Part shown: piece by piece, positions 38,185-47,887 of the stretch
How the letters are laid out: each line of letters starts with the position of its first letter
Numbering within the stretch: the stretch's first letter is position 1
Source: a virus
IMG/VR virus record: IMGVR_UViG_3300033146_004399
Coordinates: 64,001 to 128,000 of that record
Length of the DNA: 64,000 nucleotides
Strand: one strand, 5' to 3'
The notes under the pieces: generated by a model
Seen by the model: the letters and a program-made list of their open reading frames with translations, nothing else
What the model was told of the DNA's origin: nothing
Databases searched by the model: none
Program-made: the position numbers and the translations under genes

Positions 38185-39102
38185 TTGAATCCTCATAAAA
38201 TTTTAGGTGTTGAACCCGGTGCTAACGCAAACGACATAAAGAAAGCTTATAAGTCTTTAGCTAAAAAATATCATCCGGACGCTAACGGTGGTGATGACAC
38301 TAAATTCAAAGAAATAAGTCATGCATATGAAATATTAACCGATCCTAAAGCTAAAGCTCAATATGAGTCAGAACAATTTAAAAAAACTGCTAATTCTTTT
38401 GGCGGAATGGGTGGTATGGATTTTGGGGATATATTTAGAAGTTTTTCTCAAGGTTCTAACGGTTTTTCTCAAGGGCCTGGCGGGTTTAGATTTACTTATG
38501 GTGATACTAAAAGGAAAATACACGGAAAAGATATCCAAGTTAGAATTTTTATCACTCTTGAAGAGGTTTTTAACGGTAAAACCATTGAAATGGAAATACA
38601 GCGTAACGAGAGAATAAATTCTGAGAAGAGAGAAGTAAGAAGCAGGAAGATAAAACTTAATATACCAAAAGGTGTTGAAAACGGAAAAGTTTTACATCTC
38701 CGTGGTGAAGGACATCAAGGATTAAATGGTGGACGAGATGGTAACGTAAATATAATAATTCAAACTAAACCACATGATTATTTCTGGAAGAAAAAAGATG
38801 GTCTTTATACTCAAGTTGAGATTTTCTTTACTCAAGCTATTCTCGGGGCAACTGTTGAATTTCTTAATTTAAATAGTGAAATAGTAGAATTGGTAATACC
38901 TCCAGGAACGCAGCCAGGAGATATAATAGAATTGAGAGGTGAAGGCGTGCCTTTTACGGGAAGTGATACTCGAGGATATCTTAAAGTTATTATAAAAGTT
39001 AAACTTCCAACTCAATTAGAATCTTACCAAAAAGAAAATTTAAGAATATTCCAGGAGCAATTCAATATAAAACCTATTGCTTCCTCAGTTAAAATAAAAT
39101 GA
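38185..39102 (+). CDS. dnaJ: DnaJ-family co-chaperone (class B, no Zn finger)
   Basis: J domain with HPD; G/F region; C-terminal IPKGV..G..L.L.GEG and IPPGTQPG. Confidence 0.92.
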   Translation: MNPHKILGVEPGANANDIKKAYKSLAKKYHPDANGGDDTKFKEISHAYEILTDPKAKAQYESEQFKKTANSFGGMGGMDFGDIFRSFSQGSNGFSQGPGGFRFTYGDTKRKIHGKDIQVRIFITLEEVFNGKTIEMEIQRNERINSEKREVRSRKIKLNIPKGVENGKVLHLRGEGHQGLNGGRDGNVNIIIQTKPHDYFWKKKDGLYTQVEIFFTQAILGATVEFLNLNSEIVELVIPPGTQPGDIIELRGEGVPFTGSDTRGYLKVIIKVKLPTQLESYQKENLRIFQEQFNIKPIASSVKIK

Positions 39103-39391
39103 GAAAATTAGTTGATAATTATATTGTTTTAAATAAATCTTTCAAAGAAGAATTTTATAAACTTATTCAAGACTTCATAAATAGAAATATACTACTCAAC
39201 AATATATTTATATATTTCATCTTTTAAAAATTGTGCAGCAAACTGATAAAAAGGTAGTTAAATATTTATAATGCAAGGCGTGGAAAAGTATACTCATGAA
39301 ACTAAAAATTTAACTATACAAGATTTTATAAAAGCGGGTGAAATAATTGATAGGAAAGTATTAAAAGAATTAAGTGCTGAACTTGCTAAAT

Positions 39392-39631
39392 TTATGCTTC
39401 AAAGATAAATCTAATCCAGTCTACATTAGGTTCAACTTCAACTTTTAGTTCGCTAAAGTAGAAAGGTATTGGTGATTCAGATTCATCATACCATACAGCA
39501 GTAACATCATCTTGGAAGTAAACATCGTCTAATTTATGTTTTCCAATAACAACACGTTTCGCCCACTTCCATGTCCTAACATAATCTAAACCAGCGTCCT
39601 GTAAGAGATCAAAAAATTCGTTATAGTCCAT
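39392..39631 (-). CDS. Hypothetical protein
   Basis: 79-aa ORF in a coupled minus-strand trio. Confidence 0.55.
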   Translation of the reverse strand: MDYNEFFDLLQDAGLDYVRTWKWAKRVVIGKHKLDDVYFQDDVTAVWYDESESPIPFYFSELKVEVEPNVDWIRFIFEA

Positions 39632-40007
39632 TTGTTGTTATCCACATATTAAAGTCTTCATATTCATAAGCATCAAACTTTCTCATCTCTTCATACTTAA
39701 ATCCTATTAAATCTAAAATCCATATAAGAACTGAGGCATAAGTATCATCAACTGCAATCACACTAAAGTCACTGTCACTTTTTTGTGTTACATTTAATGA
39801 ATATGCATTTTTTAAATTAGTTAATCTTTTCATTCCCTTTGCTCCGTCCATATCCATACTATATTTAAAAAAAGATGCTCCCCAAGAGGCTGGAAGCCAA
39901 TGGTCATAATCATAAGGATCAAAATCTCCAGAGAAATAATTTTTTAAAAGGGTGGAAAATTCATCATTTATGAATAATTCTTTTATTGCTCTTTTACTTA
40001 CTTTCAT
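39621..40007 (-). CDS. Hypothetical protein
   Basis: 128-aa ORF. Confidence 0.6.
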   Translation of the reverse strand: MKVSKRAIKELFINDEFSTLLKNYFSGDFDPYDYDHWLPASWGASFFKYSMDMDGAKGMKRLTNLKNAYSLNVTQKSDSDFSVIAVDDTYASVLIWILDLIGFKYEEMRKFDAYEYEDFNMWITTNGL

Positions 40008-40267
40008 CTAAATATTGCTCCTATAGCCAACTTCAAAAGTTTTTTACTAATTTCTTCCATATTAATCTTCTTTACATTATGTATATCAGGTATAAAATTT
40101 ACAGGAAAAACATCTGTTCCAGCTCCAGCTTGTGAGTGGGAAATAAGGATAATATCGTTTTCACTATATTTAAAATAATATAAATCCCAAGTATCAACAT
40201 GTTCTAATTCACCCCATTGGTGTTGTTCTGTCTGGTCATCTTTTCCATAAAATATTTCTACTTTCAT
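40004..40267 (-). CDS. Hypothetical protein
   Basis: 87-aa ORF. Confidence 0.55.
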   Translation of the reverse strand: MKVEIFYGKDDQTEQHQWGELEHVDTWDLYYFKYSENDIILISHSQAGAGTDVFPVNFIPDIHNVKKINMEEISKKLLKLAIGAIFR

Positions 40268-40299
40268 AATATTATCTTACTTACTATACAAGATAAATT

Positions 40300-40548
40300 A
40301 TGTTATTTAAACTATATAAATATACTACTAAGGGCGGACATATATACTATGATATCCCCATATATCAAGAAGGGGATAAGTATATATATTATGAATATGA
40401 TGTTAATGGGAAGGTGTGGCTTGGGCCGCATAGTGTTTTTATTCGCAGATGGTTTGGTCCAGAGACAGATAAAGAGCCTTATACTTTTAATATCATTCCT
40501 GCAGAGGTATTAAAAGATTTAATTATGAAATTATTTAAGGAAACCTAG
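40300..40548 (+). CDS. Hypothetical protein (TAG stop abutting next ATG in frame)
   Basis: 82-aa ORF. Confidence 0.6.
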   Translation: MLFKLYKYTTKGGHIYYDIPIYQEGDKYIYYEYDVNGKVWLGPHSVFIRRWFGPETDKEPYTFNIIPAEVLKDLIMKLFKET

Positions 40549-40824
40549 ATGAACAAGTTATATTATGAAACAGGAAAAAATATTTATGGTGCTTGGGAAC
40601 AATATTCTTACCCTGTTTTAAAAGCTCCTAAAAGAGGTCCAAATTATGTGGTATATGTTGCGTATGATGTAGAAAAAGCTATTTGGGGCATATATGCAGG
40701 TGATGATTTAGATTACTCAGATGAAGTAGAATTTGATGATATTAAAGATGCGTTTGCAAAATCTAATTTAATTGAAAAAATATTTAGTGATGAATTTATT
40801 GAGATAATAAATAAATGGCAATAA
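40549..40824 (+). CDS. Hypothetical protein
   Basis: 91-aa ORF. Confidence 0.6.
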   Translation: MNKLYYETGKNIYGAWEQYSYPVLKAPKRGPNYVVYVAYDVEKAIWGIYAGDDLDYSDEVEFDDIKDAFAKSNLIEKIFSDEFIEIINKWQ

Positions 40825-41216
40825 AAAAGAAAGGACTTATGGCTAAAGCAAAAAAGAAAAGGAAGAAAATAACTTTAAGACAGTATTATAAAACTAAACA
40901 CTGGTCGCAATTGAGAAATAAATATTCATACGGAGACGAGGCTGAATGTCAAGTGTGTCACAGTAGACGTTGGGAAAATTATAAGATCGGTAAGAAAAAA
41001 GGACAAAGAAAACCTAAAAGTGTAAACCATTTACATCTCCACCATAAACATTATGATACAATGATGAATGAATCGAGGGATGACTTAATGCTTCTCTGTG
41101 ACTCATGTCATAAATTTTTCCATCAATTAGAAAAAATGAGGAAAAGATCTCCAATATATGAAGAAGCTTATATAAAATTAAAAAATCAGTCAGGGTGGGA
41201 ATTCAAAAAGAGATGA
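40815..41216 (+). CDS. HNH endonuclease
   Basis: CQVC..LHLHHKHY..DLMLLCDSCHKFFH. Confidence 0.85.
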   Translation: MAIKKKGLMAKAKKKRKKITLRQYYKTKHWSQLRNKYSYGDEAECQVCHSRRWENYKIGKKKGQRKPKSVNHLHLHHKHYDTMMNESRDDLMLLCDSCHKFFHQLEKMRKRSPIYEEAYIKLKNQSGWEFKKR

Positions 41217-41272
41217 AGAAGCTTATATAAAATTAAAAAATCAGTCAGGGTGGGAATTCAAAAAGAGATGAA
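41158..41272 (+). repeat. Exact 55-bp tandem duplication
   Basis: 41161-41215 equals 41216-41270, with ATGAA flanking microhomology. Confidence 0.97.
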
Positions 41273-41292
41273 TAATTTAATAAAAGAGGTAT

Positions 41293-41934
41293 TTGAACTC
41301 GAAAAATTCATTAAATGGAGTTTATCATATGGTAAATAGAGAAGATTTAAAACAGACAACTGGATATAAACGATTGTTAAGTATGGGTGCTAAAGATGAC
41401 TCTGGTCCTAGACAACAAAAGACTGGAGCTTTCCTATTCCATAGATATAACTTGAAAACTGGTGTTAAGAATGATTACGGTGATTATAAAATTACTAGCA
41501 AAGGTGATGTTAAGAGACAATCAGCAGGTCCTGCATTTGATTTAGGGTATGTTAACATGGATAGCTTATCTTCTTATGATAAAGCATTTAATAATATAGC
41601 AAACAAAATGGATCAAATTTTAGCTAAAGAAAATCGGGCAAAAGAAATTGAAAAAGAAAAACAAGTGTTTAATAAAGAGTTGCTATATAATATTATTAAT
41701 GGGAAACCGGTGATGACTAGTATCAAATATAAAAATTTTATTAAACGCATTTTTAGTGGTAAAATGAAACCAGTAGAAAAAAGAGTAATGGGAGTTGAAT
41801 ATGAATGGAATGGCGAAATTGATTGGGGTGTTAAGCGATTTTTAGGCAACGTTAGCGTTGTGGATATTGACGCAGTGAAAAGAATGTATCAAATACCTGG
41901 AGCAGTGGGCCTTTTCCACTTATTAAAAAAATGA
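41293..41934 (+). CDS. Hypothetical protein
   Basis: 213-aa ORF. Confidence 0.65.
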   Translation: MNSKNSLNGVYHMVNREDLKQTTGYKRLLSMGAKDDSGPRQQKTGAFLFHRYNLKTGVKNDYGDYKITSKGDVKRQSAGPAFDLGYVNMDSLSSYDKAFNNIANKMDQILAKENRAKEIEKEKQVFNKELLYNIINGKPVMTSIKYKNFIKRIFSGKMKPVEKRVMGVEYEWNGEIDWGVKRFLGNVSVVDIDAVKRMYQIPGAVGLFHLLKK

Positions 41935-42203
41935 TTAATGACAATTTAAAATTAGAAACTCTGTATATAAATAGACGCTCTGGCCAACAAACATATTTTT
42001 TTATTAAAGAAAATAATAAATTATTTGGTGTAAGAAAAGACAGAAGAACAAATTGGAAATGGAATTTTGGTATATGGTCTGATTACAGTAATCCAAATAA
42101 TACTGATGATATCGGAGAATTGGAACATAGTGAATTAATAAAATTACGAAGATTAGCTGTTGATGATTTATTTTTAAAAAGTGCACATAATTTAGGAGTT
42201 TAA
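41931..42203 (+). CDS. Hypothetical protein
   Basis: 90-aa ORF. Confidence 0.55.
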   Translation: MINDNLKLETLYINRRSGQQTYFFIKENNKLFGVRKDRRTNWKWNFGIWSDYSNPNNTDDIGELEHSELIKLRRLAVDDLFLKSAHNLGV

Positions 42204-42205
42204 AC

Positions 42206-42466
42206 TTGATTGAATTATATAGAGCTAAATCAAATGATAAAACAGTTAAATATCATTTTTATTATTATACTATTTATATAGATAACGAGCCAGCATTTGA
42301 AATAGAATTGGCTGAACATAAAGAGGTGCATGTCATCTCTGATAGTTCAATATTTAATTTAGGTGTAGATAATTATAGAAAGGTGAGTTTCGAGAAGAGT
42401 GATTTGGTTAAATATGGAAATGAAAGAGATATTATATGGCAATATTTTGGGAGAATTGGCGAATGA
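42206..42466 (+). CDS. Hypothetical protein
   Basis: 86-aa ORF. Confidence 0.55.
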   Translation: MIELYRAKSNDKTVKYHFYYYTIYIDNEPAFEIELAEHKEVHVISDSSIFNLGVDNYRKVSFEKSDLVKYGNERDIIWQYFGRIGE

Positions 42467-42702
42467 AATTGTGGTACTTATATTACTCACCTGATACTAT
42501 AAATAAATACTTTTTCATTCCTATAAAACTTGAAAATGAAGAAGTAACAATGTATAGGTCTGATGGCGGGCAAGGCTTCTTGTGGATGGAAGGTGTTAAA
42601 TACTTCCCAAACCAATGGCCAGATGATGAAATCGTTGATAGCGGAGAAACGGCTTATATAGCAATTAAAGCATTATTCACACATGGGTTGGGGGTGTTAT
42701 GA
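42436..42702 (+). CDS. Hypothetical protein (MKLWYLY.. paralog)
   Basis: Intact paralog of the pseudogene at 42699. Confidence 0.6.
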   Translation: MAIFWENWRMKLWYLYYSPDTINKYFFIPIKLENEEVTMYRSDGGQGFLWMEGVKYFPNQWPDDEIVDSGETAYIAIKALFTHGLGVL

Positions 42703-42939
42703 AACTTTGGCATTTATATCGTATTGTTGACCATGATGAGAAATATTTTTTCATCCCTATAGATACGACTGAGACTAATACAGTTATGTATAAGATCTTA
42801 CAATTATGGAAAGTTTGAATTGGTGGAAGCCGGTTTTCCTAGCACTGATAACGATTGGCCTGAGAATGAAATTGTATATAGTGGTTTTTATGCTCACTTT
42901 GCAATAGAAACATTATTTGAGCAGGGAGTGGATAAATGA
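42699..42939 (+). pseudogene. Frameshifted paralog of 42436..42702
   Basis: MKLWHLY..KYFFIPI..VMY then +1 shift near 42792; other frame continues ..WPENEIVYSG..AIETLF. Confidence 0.7.
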
Positions 42940-43207
42940 CTGAAGTAAAAAAATCTGGTGTAATATCATCTTTATTTGAAAATAAAATATTTCTGTATAT
43001 GCTCATGCAATAACCGGTGAAAAATTCCCATATGATAATAGATGGAATAAACTAAGTTATAATAATATGTGGAGTAGAAAAAGCGCAGTAGATAAGGCTG
43101 ATACCGGCAATGAATTAACAAGTGAAGAAAAAGAACTTTTATTAATAACAGGACTTTTCGATATTAAAAGTAATCAATTTTTTGAAGATAATTTTAAAGT
43201 AATATAG
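42936..43207 (+). pseudogene. ORF frameshifted in an A4 tract (42984-87)
   Basis: Adding one A gives a continuous ~90-codon ORF. Confidence 0.5.
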
Positions 43208-43208
43208 T

Positions 43209-43248
43209 TTGGACGTAAGCATATTTATGATATAATTACTGTAGTAAT
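43209..43248 (+). promoter_or_regulatory. Promoter TTGGAC-N16-TATAAT with near-palindrome ATTACTGTAGTAAT
   Basis: -10 at 43231-36; palindrome at 43235-48. Confidence 0.65.
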
Positions 43249-43266
43249 TGGAGTTATAATATAAGT

Positions 43267-43716
43267 ATGAAGAAGATTGAACTTGTTAGGTGGGGAGGGC
43301 TCTCCTCTGTAAACCACAAAAAAATATTTAGAAACGACTCTTTTCATGCTCCTCCTGTAAAAAGAGGTATATATGTTTTTCATCCTCAATGGATTGAACT
43401 TTTCCTTGTTGCGTGGAAATGGTATGATGATGATACAGGAGAGAAGAAGAAACATATAGATAAACAAAGACGTTTCAAATATGAAGGAAAGATATGGACT
43501 CATATCTTTCACTCCCATCCAGAAATAACCTACTACAGACACAAAGGGGAATGGTATGAAACCGACACTTCTTATATCCCTAAAATTTTCTCCCTTGAAA
43601 GTAAAAAAATGGCTAAACAAATAAACTCAGATCCCAATTGGGGTGGTAAATGGCATAGACATGCAAACAAGTGGGTGAGTAAGGATCATATGGAATTGTT
43701 CATTGAAAAAGTATAA
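43267..43716 (+). CDS. Hypothetical protein (possible ADP-ribosyltransferase-like fold, speculative)
   Basis: 149-aa ORF; VRWGG, H.PP..RGIYVF, terminal MELFI. Confidence 0.55.
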   Translation: MKKIELVRWGGLSSVNHKKIFRNDSFHAPPVKRGIYVFHPQWIELFLVAWKWYDDDTGEKKKHIDKQRRFKYEGKIWTHIFHSHPEITYYRHKGEWYETDTSYIPKIFSLESKKMAKQINSDPNWGGKWHRHANKWVSKDHMELFIEKV

Positions 43717-43888
43717 AGTAATAATTGAACAATACGAAGGAATTGCTAAAAACATACTCTTAAACAAAGTATGTGATAATTGTTTCTTTAATAGTGGCGA
43801 AAATAATTGTTCATTTACAGTCCCATGGAATCATATATTAAAAAAACAATCAAAAAATAAAACATGTTCTTTTTGGGGCGCTAAATGA
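43703..43888 (+). CDS. Cys-rich small protein (AKNxLLxxxCxNC family, 1 unit)
   Basis: Paralogous to the next two genes. Confidence 0.65.
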   Translation: MKKYKVIIEQYEGIAKNILLNKVCDNCFFNSGENNCSFTVPWNHILKKQSKNKTCSFWGAK

Positions 43889-44076
43889 ACGAACATAATG
43901 ATTTAGACACTAAAATAGCAAGAAATTTACTTTTAAATCATGTATGCTATAATTGTAATTTTAATTTTAATTTTGGGAATATATGCGGAAGAGAAAGGTT
44001 ACTATATGGTTCTTTAAAGCCAATGACTCAATATCCTGAAGAAAAAACATGCATCAATTGGCAGAAAATAACATGA
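43885..44076 (+). CDS. Cys-rich small protein (1 unit)
   Basis: ARNLLLNHVCYNC..C..YPEEKTCINW. Confidence 0.65.
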   Translation: MNEHNDLDTKIARNLLLNHVCYNCNFNFNFGNICGRERLLYGSLKPMTQYPEEKTCINWQKIT

Positions 44077-44438
44077 ATGGTATTATTGCTAAAAATCTTC
44101 TATCAAATAGAACGTGTCGTAATTGTTGTCATAATTATAACAATAAATGTAGAAAAGATAGATTGATATATGGCCCTCATGAGCCATATGCAGCTTATCC
44201 GGAAGAAGAAACTTGTATCGATTGGGAACAGATTAACATTTTGAATCACGAAATCTCTTTAGAGAACGAAGATGAAAAGATGGCTAAAAATATGCTTTTG
44301 GATAGAAGTTGTATGAATTGCGATTGGCTTCGAGGTCATGATATGAAATGTCAAAAAAGAGTTATACTTCCTTCATATGAATATGGAGAACTCCCAGAAG
44401 AGAGAATATGTAATTACTGGAAAGAGAGATATAGTTGA
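44049..44438 (+). CDS. Cys-rich protein (2 units)
   Basis: Two AKNxLxxRxCxNC..PEExxCxxW units. Confidence 0.65.
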   Translation: MHQLAENNMNGIIAKNLLSNRTCRNCCHNYNNKCRKDRLIYGPHEPYAAYPEEETCIDWEQINILNHEISLENEDEKMAKNMLLDRSCMNCDWLRGHDMKCQKRVILPSYEYGELPEERICNYWKERYS

Positions 44439-44440
44439 CT

Positions 44441-44468
44441 TTGGACAATTGCTCAAATATGGTATAAT
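44441..44468 (+). promoter_or_regulatory. Promoter TTGGAC-N16-TATAAT
   Basis: TTGGAC 44441-46, TG-n-TATAAT 44463-68. Confidence 0.7.
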
Positions 44469-44497
44469 TAAACATATTTAATTAAAGGAGTTTACAC

Positions 44498-44761
44498 ATG
44501 GCAGGAAAGAATATAAGCAAGTTTAAGAATACTATGGCTCATATATTGAATGAAGACTTCATGCAGAAAATCGGTAGTATGGAGAGTGAAGATATTAAGG
44601 CAGAGTTCCTTGACATTATCCGCAATCCTAATATTGTTATGGCTCCAGCAACTCGTAGGAAGTATGAAAGAGATATGGGTAGACAACATGGTGAATATGC
44701 TGTGAAGAATTATATATATCAACTTGGTATGAAGAGTGCTGGGATGGGAGTATTTAAGTAA
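44498..44761 (+). CDS. Hypothetical protein
   Basis: 87-aa ORF, AAGGAG RBS, own promoter. Confidence 0.7.
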   Translation: MAGKNISKFKNTMAHILNEDFMQKIGSMESEDIKAEFLDIIRNPNIVMAPATRRKYERDMGRQHGEYAVKNYIYQLGMKSAGMGVFK

Positions 44762-44825
44762 TGGAAATTGATGTCAGGGAAGCTGAAATTAAGAAAAAGA
44801 TTGAAGTGAGTATGGTAGATATAAT

Positions 44826-45098
44826 ATGACACTTAAAGATGACTTGGAAAGATACATAGACAAGTGGTACAAACGTTGTGACGAAGAAAACACATATATT
44901 AAACCAATTAAAATAGTTCCAGATGGTATTAAGTGTTGGGAATATGAAGTAAATGGGCCTCACTTCTCTTTATTTGATAGACGTATTATTGAATGGCGGA
45001 ATTTAAATATTATTTTAAATATAGACGAAAGTGATAGAAAAATTATTGATTTAGCTACAATAAGAGTGGCAAAAAGGTTGTTACTGAATAAAGCTTAA
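44826..45098 (+). CDS. Hypothetical protein
   Basis: 90-aa ORF. Confidence 0.55.
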   Translation: MTLKDDLERYIDKWYKRCDEENTYIKPIKIVPDGIKCWEYEVNGPHFSLFDRRIIEWRNLNIILNIDESDRKIIDLATIRVAKRLLLNKA

Positions 45099-45166
45099 TT
45101 ATATAAAAAGGTAGTTATGGAAGTAGAAATAAAGAAAAAGTTTGAAGTAAGTATGGTAGATATAAC

Positions 45167-45373
45167 GTGACGAAAGAGAAGCTGGAAAAGTTAACAACTA
45201 AGAGATTGTTAGCCTATTTAAGAAGTCAGTAGAAGACGCTTTTCCACTTCCGTTATGGCTGGGATGATTGGGCAAGAGATATGCCTATAGGTTTTGATCC
45301 CGAGGAGAAAGTCCTTCAAGATCAATATGATTTAACAAAAGAAGTTTTGGCTACACGTGAAAATGTGGTATAA
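45167..45373 (+). pseudogene. 68-codon ORF with in-frame TAG (45230-32)
   Basis: MTKEKLEKLTTKRLLAYLRSQ*KTLFHFRYGW...KEVLATRENVV. Confidence 0.65.
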
Positions 45374-45386
45374 TTACTATAGTAAT
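45347..45386 (+). promoter_or_regulatory. Promoter TTGGCT-N16-TATAAT with perfect palindrome ATTACTATAGTAAT
   Basis: -10 at 45369-74; palindrome at 45373-86. Confidence 0.65.
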
Positions 45387-45398
45387 AAGAGGTAAAAA

Positions 45399-46676
45399 AT
45401 GGATGTTATAGGAAAATACGGAACAGCAATTATATATAACGATGATGTAGAACAGGAAGCTATATCGCAAGTTTATGCTCTTATGAATGATTCTATGATT
45501 GAGGGATCTACAGTTCGTATAATGCCGGATATTCATGCAGGAGCTGGTTGTGTTATTGGATACACTGCTATGCTTACAGATAAAGTTGTTCCTCAGCTCG
45601 TAGGAGTTGACATTTCGTGTGGGCTCTTGGGATTTAACTTGGGTCATAAAAAAGATATAAAGTTGAAATTTGATAAACTTGATAAATTTATTAGAAAAAA
45701 TATTCCTGCTGGTCAAACAGTAAATGATGAATTTGATGAAAATTTAATAAATAATATTTTTTCTTATATGAATGTTAAGTTTAAAACTTGGGATAAATAT
45801 AAAAAAGAATTAGAAAAAGCTTGTAATAGAACACATCAAGATTTTGATTATGTGTTACGATCATTAGGTTCCATGGGTGGAGGAAACCATTATTTAGAAC
45901 TTGGTGAAAGTAATGAAGGTGAATTGTGGATGATAGTCCATTCAGGGAGCAGAAACTTTGGTTTGAAAACAGCCCTCCACCACCAGAAGATAGCTGAAGA
46001 TCAAACTCTCACTATGTCTAAAGATGATTATGACGCTAAAGTTGAAGAGATTAGAAAGACTAAGAAAGGGAAAGGCATTGAAGTTGCTATACAGAAGTTG
46101 AGAAAACAATCTAAAGTTCGGAAGCATAAAAGAACTGGTCTTGAATACCTTGAAGGTGAAAAAGCAGAAGATTATTATAAAGATATGTATATTGCTCAAA
46201 TTTATGCAAGTTTAAGCCGTCATATTATGATTTATAAAATTGTTAAATTTTATGGGTTGAAATTTGATAAAGATAAATTGCTAGAAACAGTTCATAACTA
46301 TATAAATTTTAAGGATAGAGTATTAAGGAAAGGAGCTGTATCTGCTCATAAAGACGAGATGTTATTTATTCCTATGAATATGAAAACAGGAACGCTTTTG
46401 TGCCGAGGCAAAGGAAATGAAGCGTGGAATTGTTCCGCACCGCACGGTGCGGGTCGCAAAATATCTCGTACTAAAGCTAAAGCTTCCATAAGATTAGAAG
46501 ATTATCAAAAGGTTATGAGAGATGCTAAAGTATGGACAACATGTGTAAATAAATCAACTTTGGATGAAGCACCTGCTGCATATAAAAAACCAGAGGATAT
46601 TATTAAATACATAGAACCAACTGTTGACATTATTACTATGATAAAACCTTTGTACAATTATAAAGCAAATTCATAA
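45399..46676 (+). CDS. rtcB: RtcB RNA ligase (3'-phosphate/5'-OH)
   Basis: MPDIHAGAGCVIG, VGVDISCG, GGGNHYLE, VHSGSRNFG, HNY, RKGA, SAPHGAGR, DEAPAAYK. Confidence 0.96.
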   Translation: MDVIGKYGTAIIYNDDVEQEAISQVYALMNDSMIEGSTVRIMPDIHAGAGCVIGYTAMLTDKVVPQLVGVDISCGLLGFNLGHKKDIKLKFDKLDKFIRKNIPAGQTVNDEFDENLINNIFSYMNVKFKTWDKYKKELEKACNRTHQDFDYVLRSLGSMGGGNHYLELGESNEGELWMIVHSGSRNFGLKTALHHQKIAEDQTLTMSKDDYDAKVEEIRKTKKGKGIEVAIQKLRKQSKVRKHKRTGLEYLEGEKAEDYYKDMYIAQIYASLSRHIMIYKIVKFYGLKFDKDKLLETVHNYINFKDRVLRKGAVSAHKDEMLFIPMNMKTGTLLCRGKGNEAWNCSAPHGAGRKISRTKAKASIRLEDYQKVMRDAKVWTTCVNKSTLDEAPAAYKKPEDIIKYIEPTVDIITMIKPLYNYKANS

Positions 46677-46742
46677 TTTCCTTAGCCAAATTTATGAATA
46701 ACTCCAACAGGTTATAAAGATAACTTCACAAAGGAGTTATTT

Positions 46743-47609
46743 ATGAATTATTATGTTTATTGTTATATTGATGGAAAAAAGGGAAATACGATTTATAAAA
46801 ATTATGAATTTAACGGAGAACCTTTTTATATTGGAATGGGATCTAATGACAGATATTTAAACCACTTAGTAAATGCTAAAAAAGAAAATTATAATTTTTT
46901 GCCAAAACATTATAAAATAAGAAAAATGTTTAAAGAAAGTAATGAGCCTATAATAATAAAATTATTAGAAAATATTTCAAAAGAAGAAGCTATTAAAGCT
47001 GAAATATTTTTTATAAATTTAATAGGAAGACGAGATCTTCAACAAGGTCCTCTATTTAATCTTACAAAAGGTGGAGAAGGAGGTAATACAGGAATTCCAT
47101 GGAACAAAGGAATGAAATATAAAAATAAAAAAAATTCTGTAATGTTTAGTGGCCCTGGCAACCCGTTTTATGGTAAACATCATACGAACGAAACAAAGAA
47201 AAAAATAAGTGATTTCCATAAAGGTAATCAATACGCAAAAGGGGCAGTAAGGTCTGAAGAAACAAGAAAGAAAATAAGTGAAGCTCGTAAAGGTAAATAT
47301 TTAGGAGAAGATAGTTTTTGGTATGGTAAACACCACACCGAAGAAACAAGAAAGAAAATAGGTGAAGCTAATAAAGGTAAATTAAAGGGTGATAAAAATC
47401 CTTCTAAACGCTTAGACGTGAGAGAAAAGATTAGCCTGGCAATATCAAAAACATATAAAATAATAAATCCAGATGGGGTTGAAATTATATATAAAGGTAA
47501 TTTACGAACATTTTGCGAAAAAAGAAATTTAGTTCCTCATTTATTACGTAGTGTTGCAAAAGGAAGAAGAAAAGAATATAAAGGATGGAAATGTGAGTAT
47601 GTTGAGTAG
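46743..47609 (+). CDS. GIY-YIG homing endonuclease with NUMOD3 repeats
   Basis: YYVYCY..PFYIGMG..RY; repeated N/HPFYGKHHTEETRKKIS. Confidence 0.88.
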   Translation: MNYYVYCYIDGKKGNTIYKNYEFNGEPFYIGMGSNDRYLNHLVNAKKENYNFLPKHYKIRKMFKESNEPIIIKLLENISKEEAIKAEIFFINLIGRRDLQQGPLFNLTKGGEGGNTGIPWNKGMKYKNKKNSVMFSGPGNPFYGKHHTNETKKKISDFHKGNQYAKGAVRSEETRKKISEARKGKYLGEDSFWYGKHHTEETRKKIGEANKGKLKGDKNPSKRLDVREKISLAISKTYKIINPDGVEIIYKGNLRTFCEKRNLVPHLLRSVAKGRRKEYKGWKCEYVE

Positions 47610-47677
47610 AATAAAAAAAGTATTTCTATGAGATTATGGCGTTTAAATAATGCATAGTTTATTGAGGGAAGGGTGAG

Positions 47678-47887
47678 ATGACTAGAAGCGATATTCTATT
47701 AGATACAAAAGACACTTTAAAAGAAATGGATGAAGCAATTTGTTCTCCTAAAGCTAAAAATCATGTGGAAGAAATGGCTGATATATTGGAAGATTTTTGG
47801 ACTCTGACGCTAACAATCGAGAAGGATGAAGACTTCAAACCCCTAGGACAGCACATGAGAAAAATATTTTATAGAGAGAACAAATGA
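47678..47887 (+). CDS. Hypothetical protein
   Basis: 69-aa ORF. Confidence 0.5.
   Translation: MTRSDILLDTKDTLKEMDEAICSPKAKNHVEEMADILEDFWTLTLTIEKDEDFKPLGQHMRKIFYRENK

Noticed and set aside
39099-39408. Degraded ORF(s) downstream of dnaJ
   Set aside because: Several frame breaks are needed to join fragments; no product can be supported.
45399-47609. Group I intron carrying the GIY-YIG gene within rtcB
   Set aside because: RtcB has all motifs through its normal C-terminus, so the endonuclease appears free-standing.
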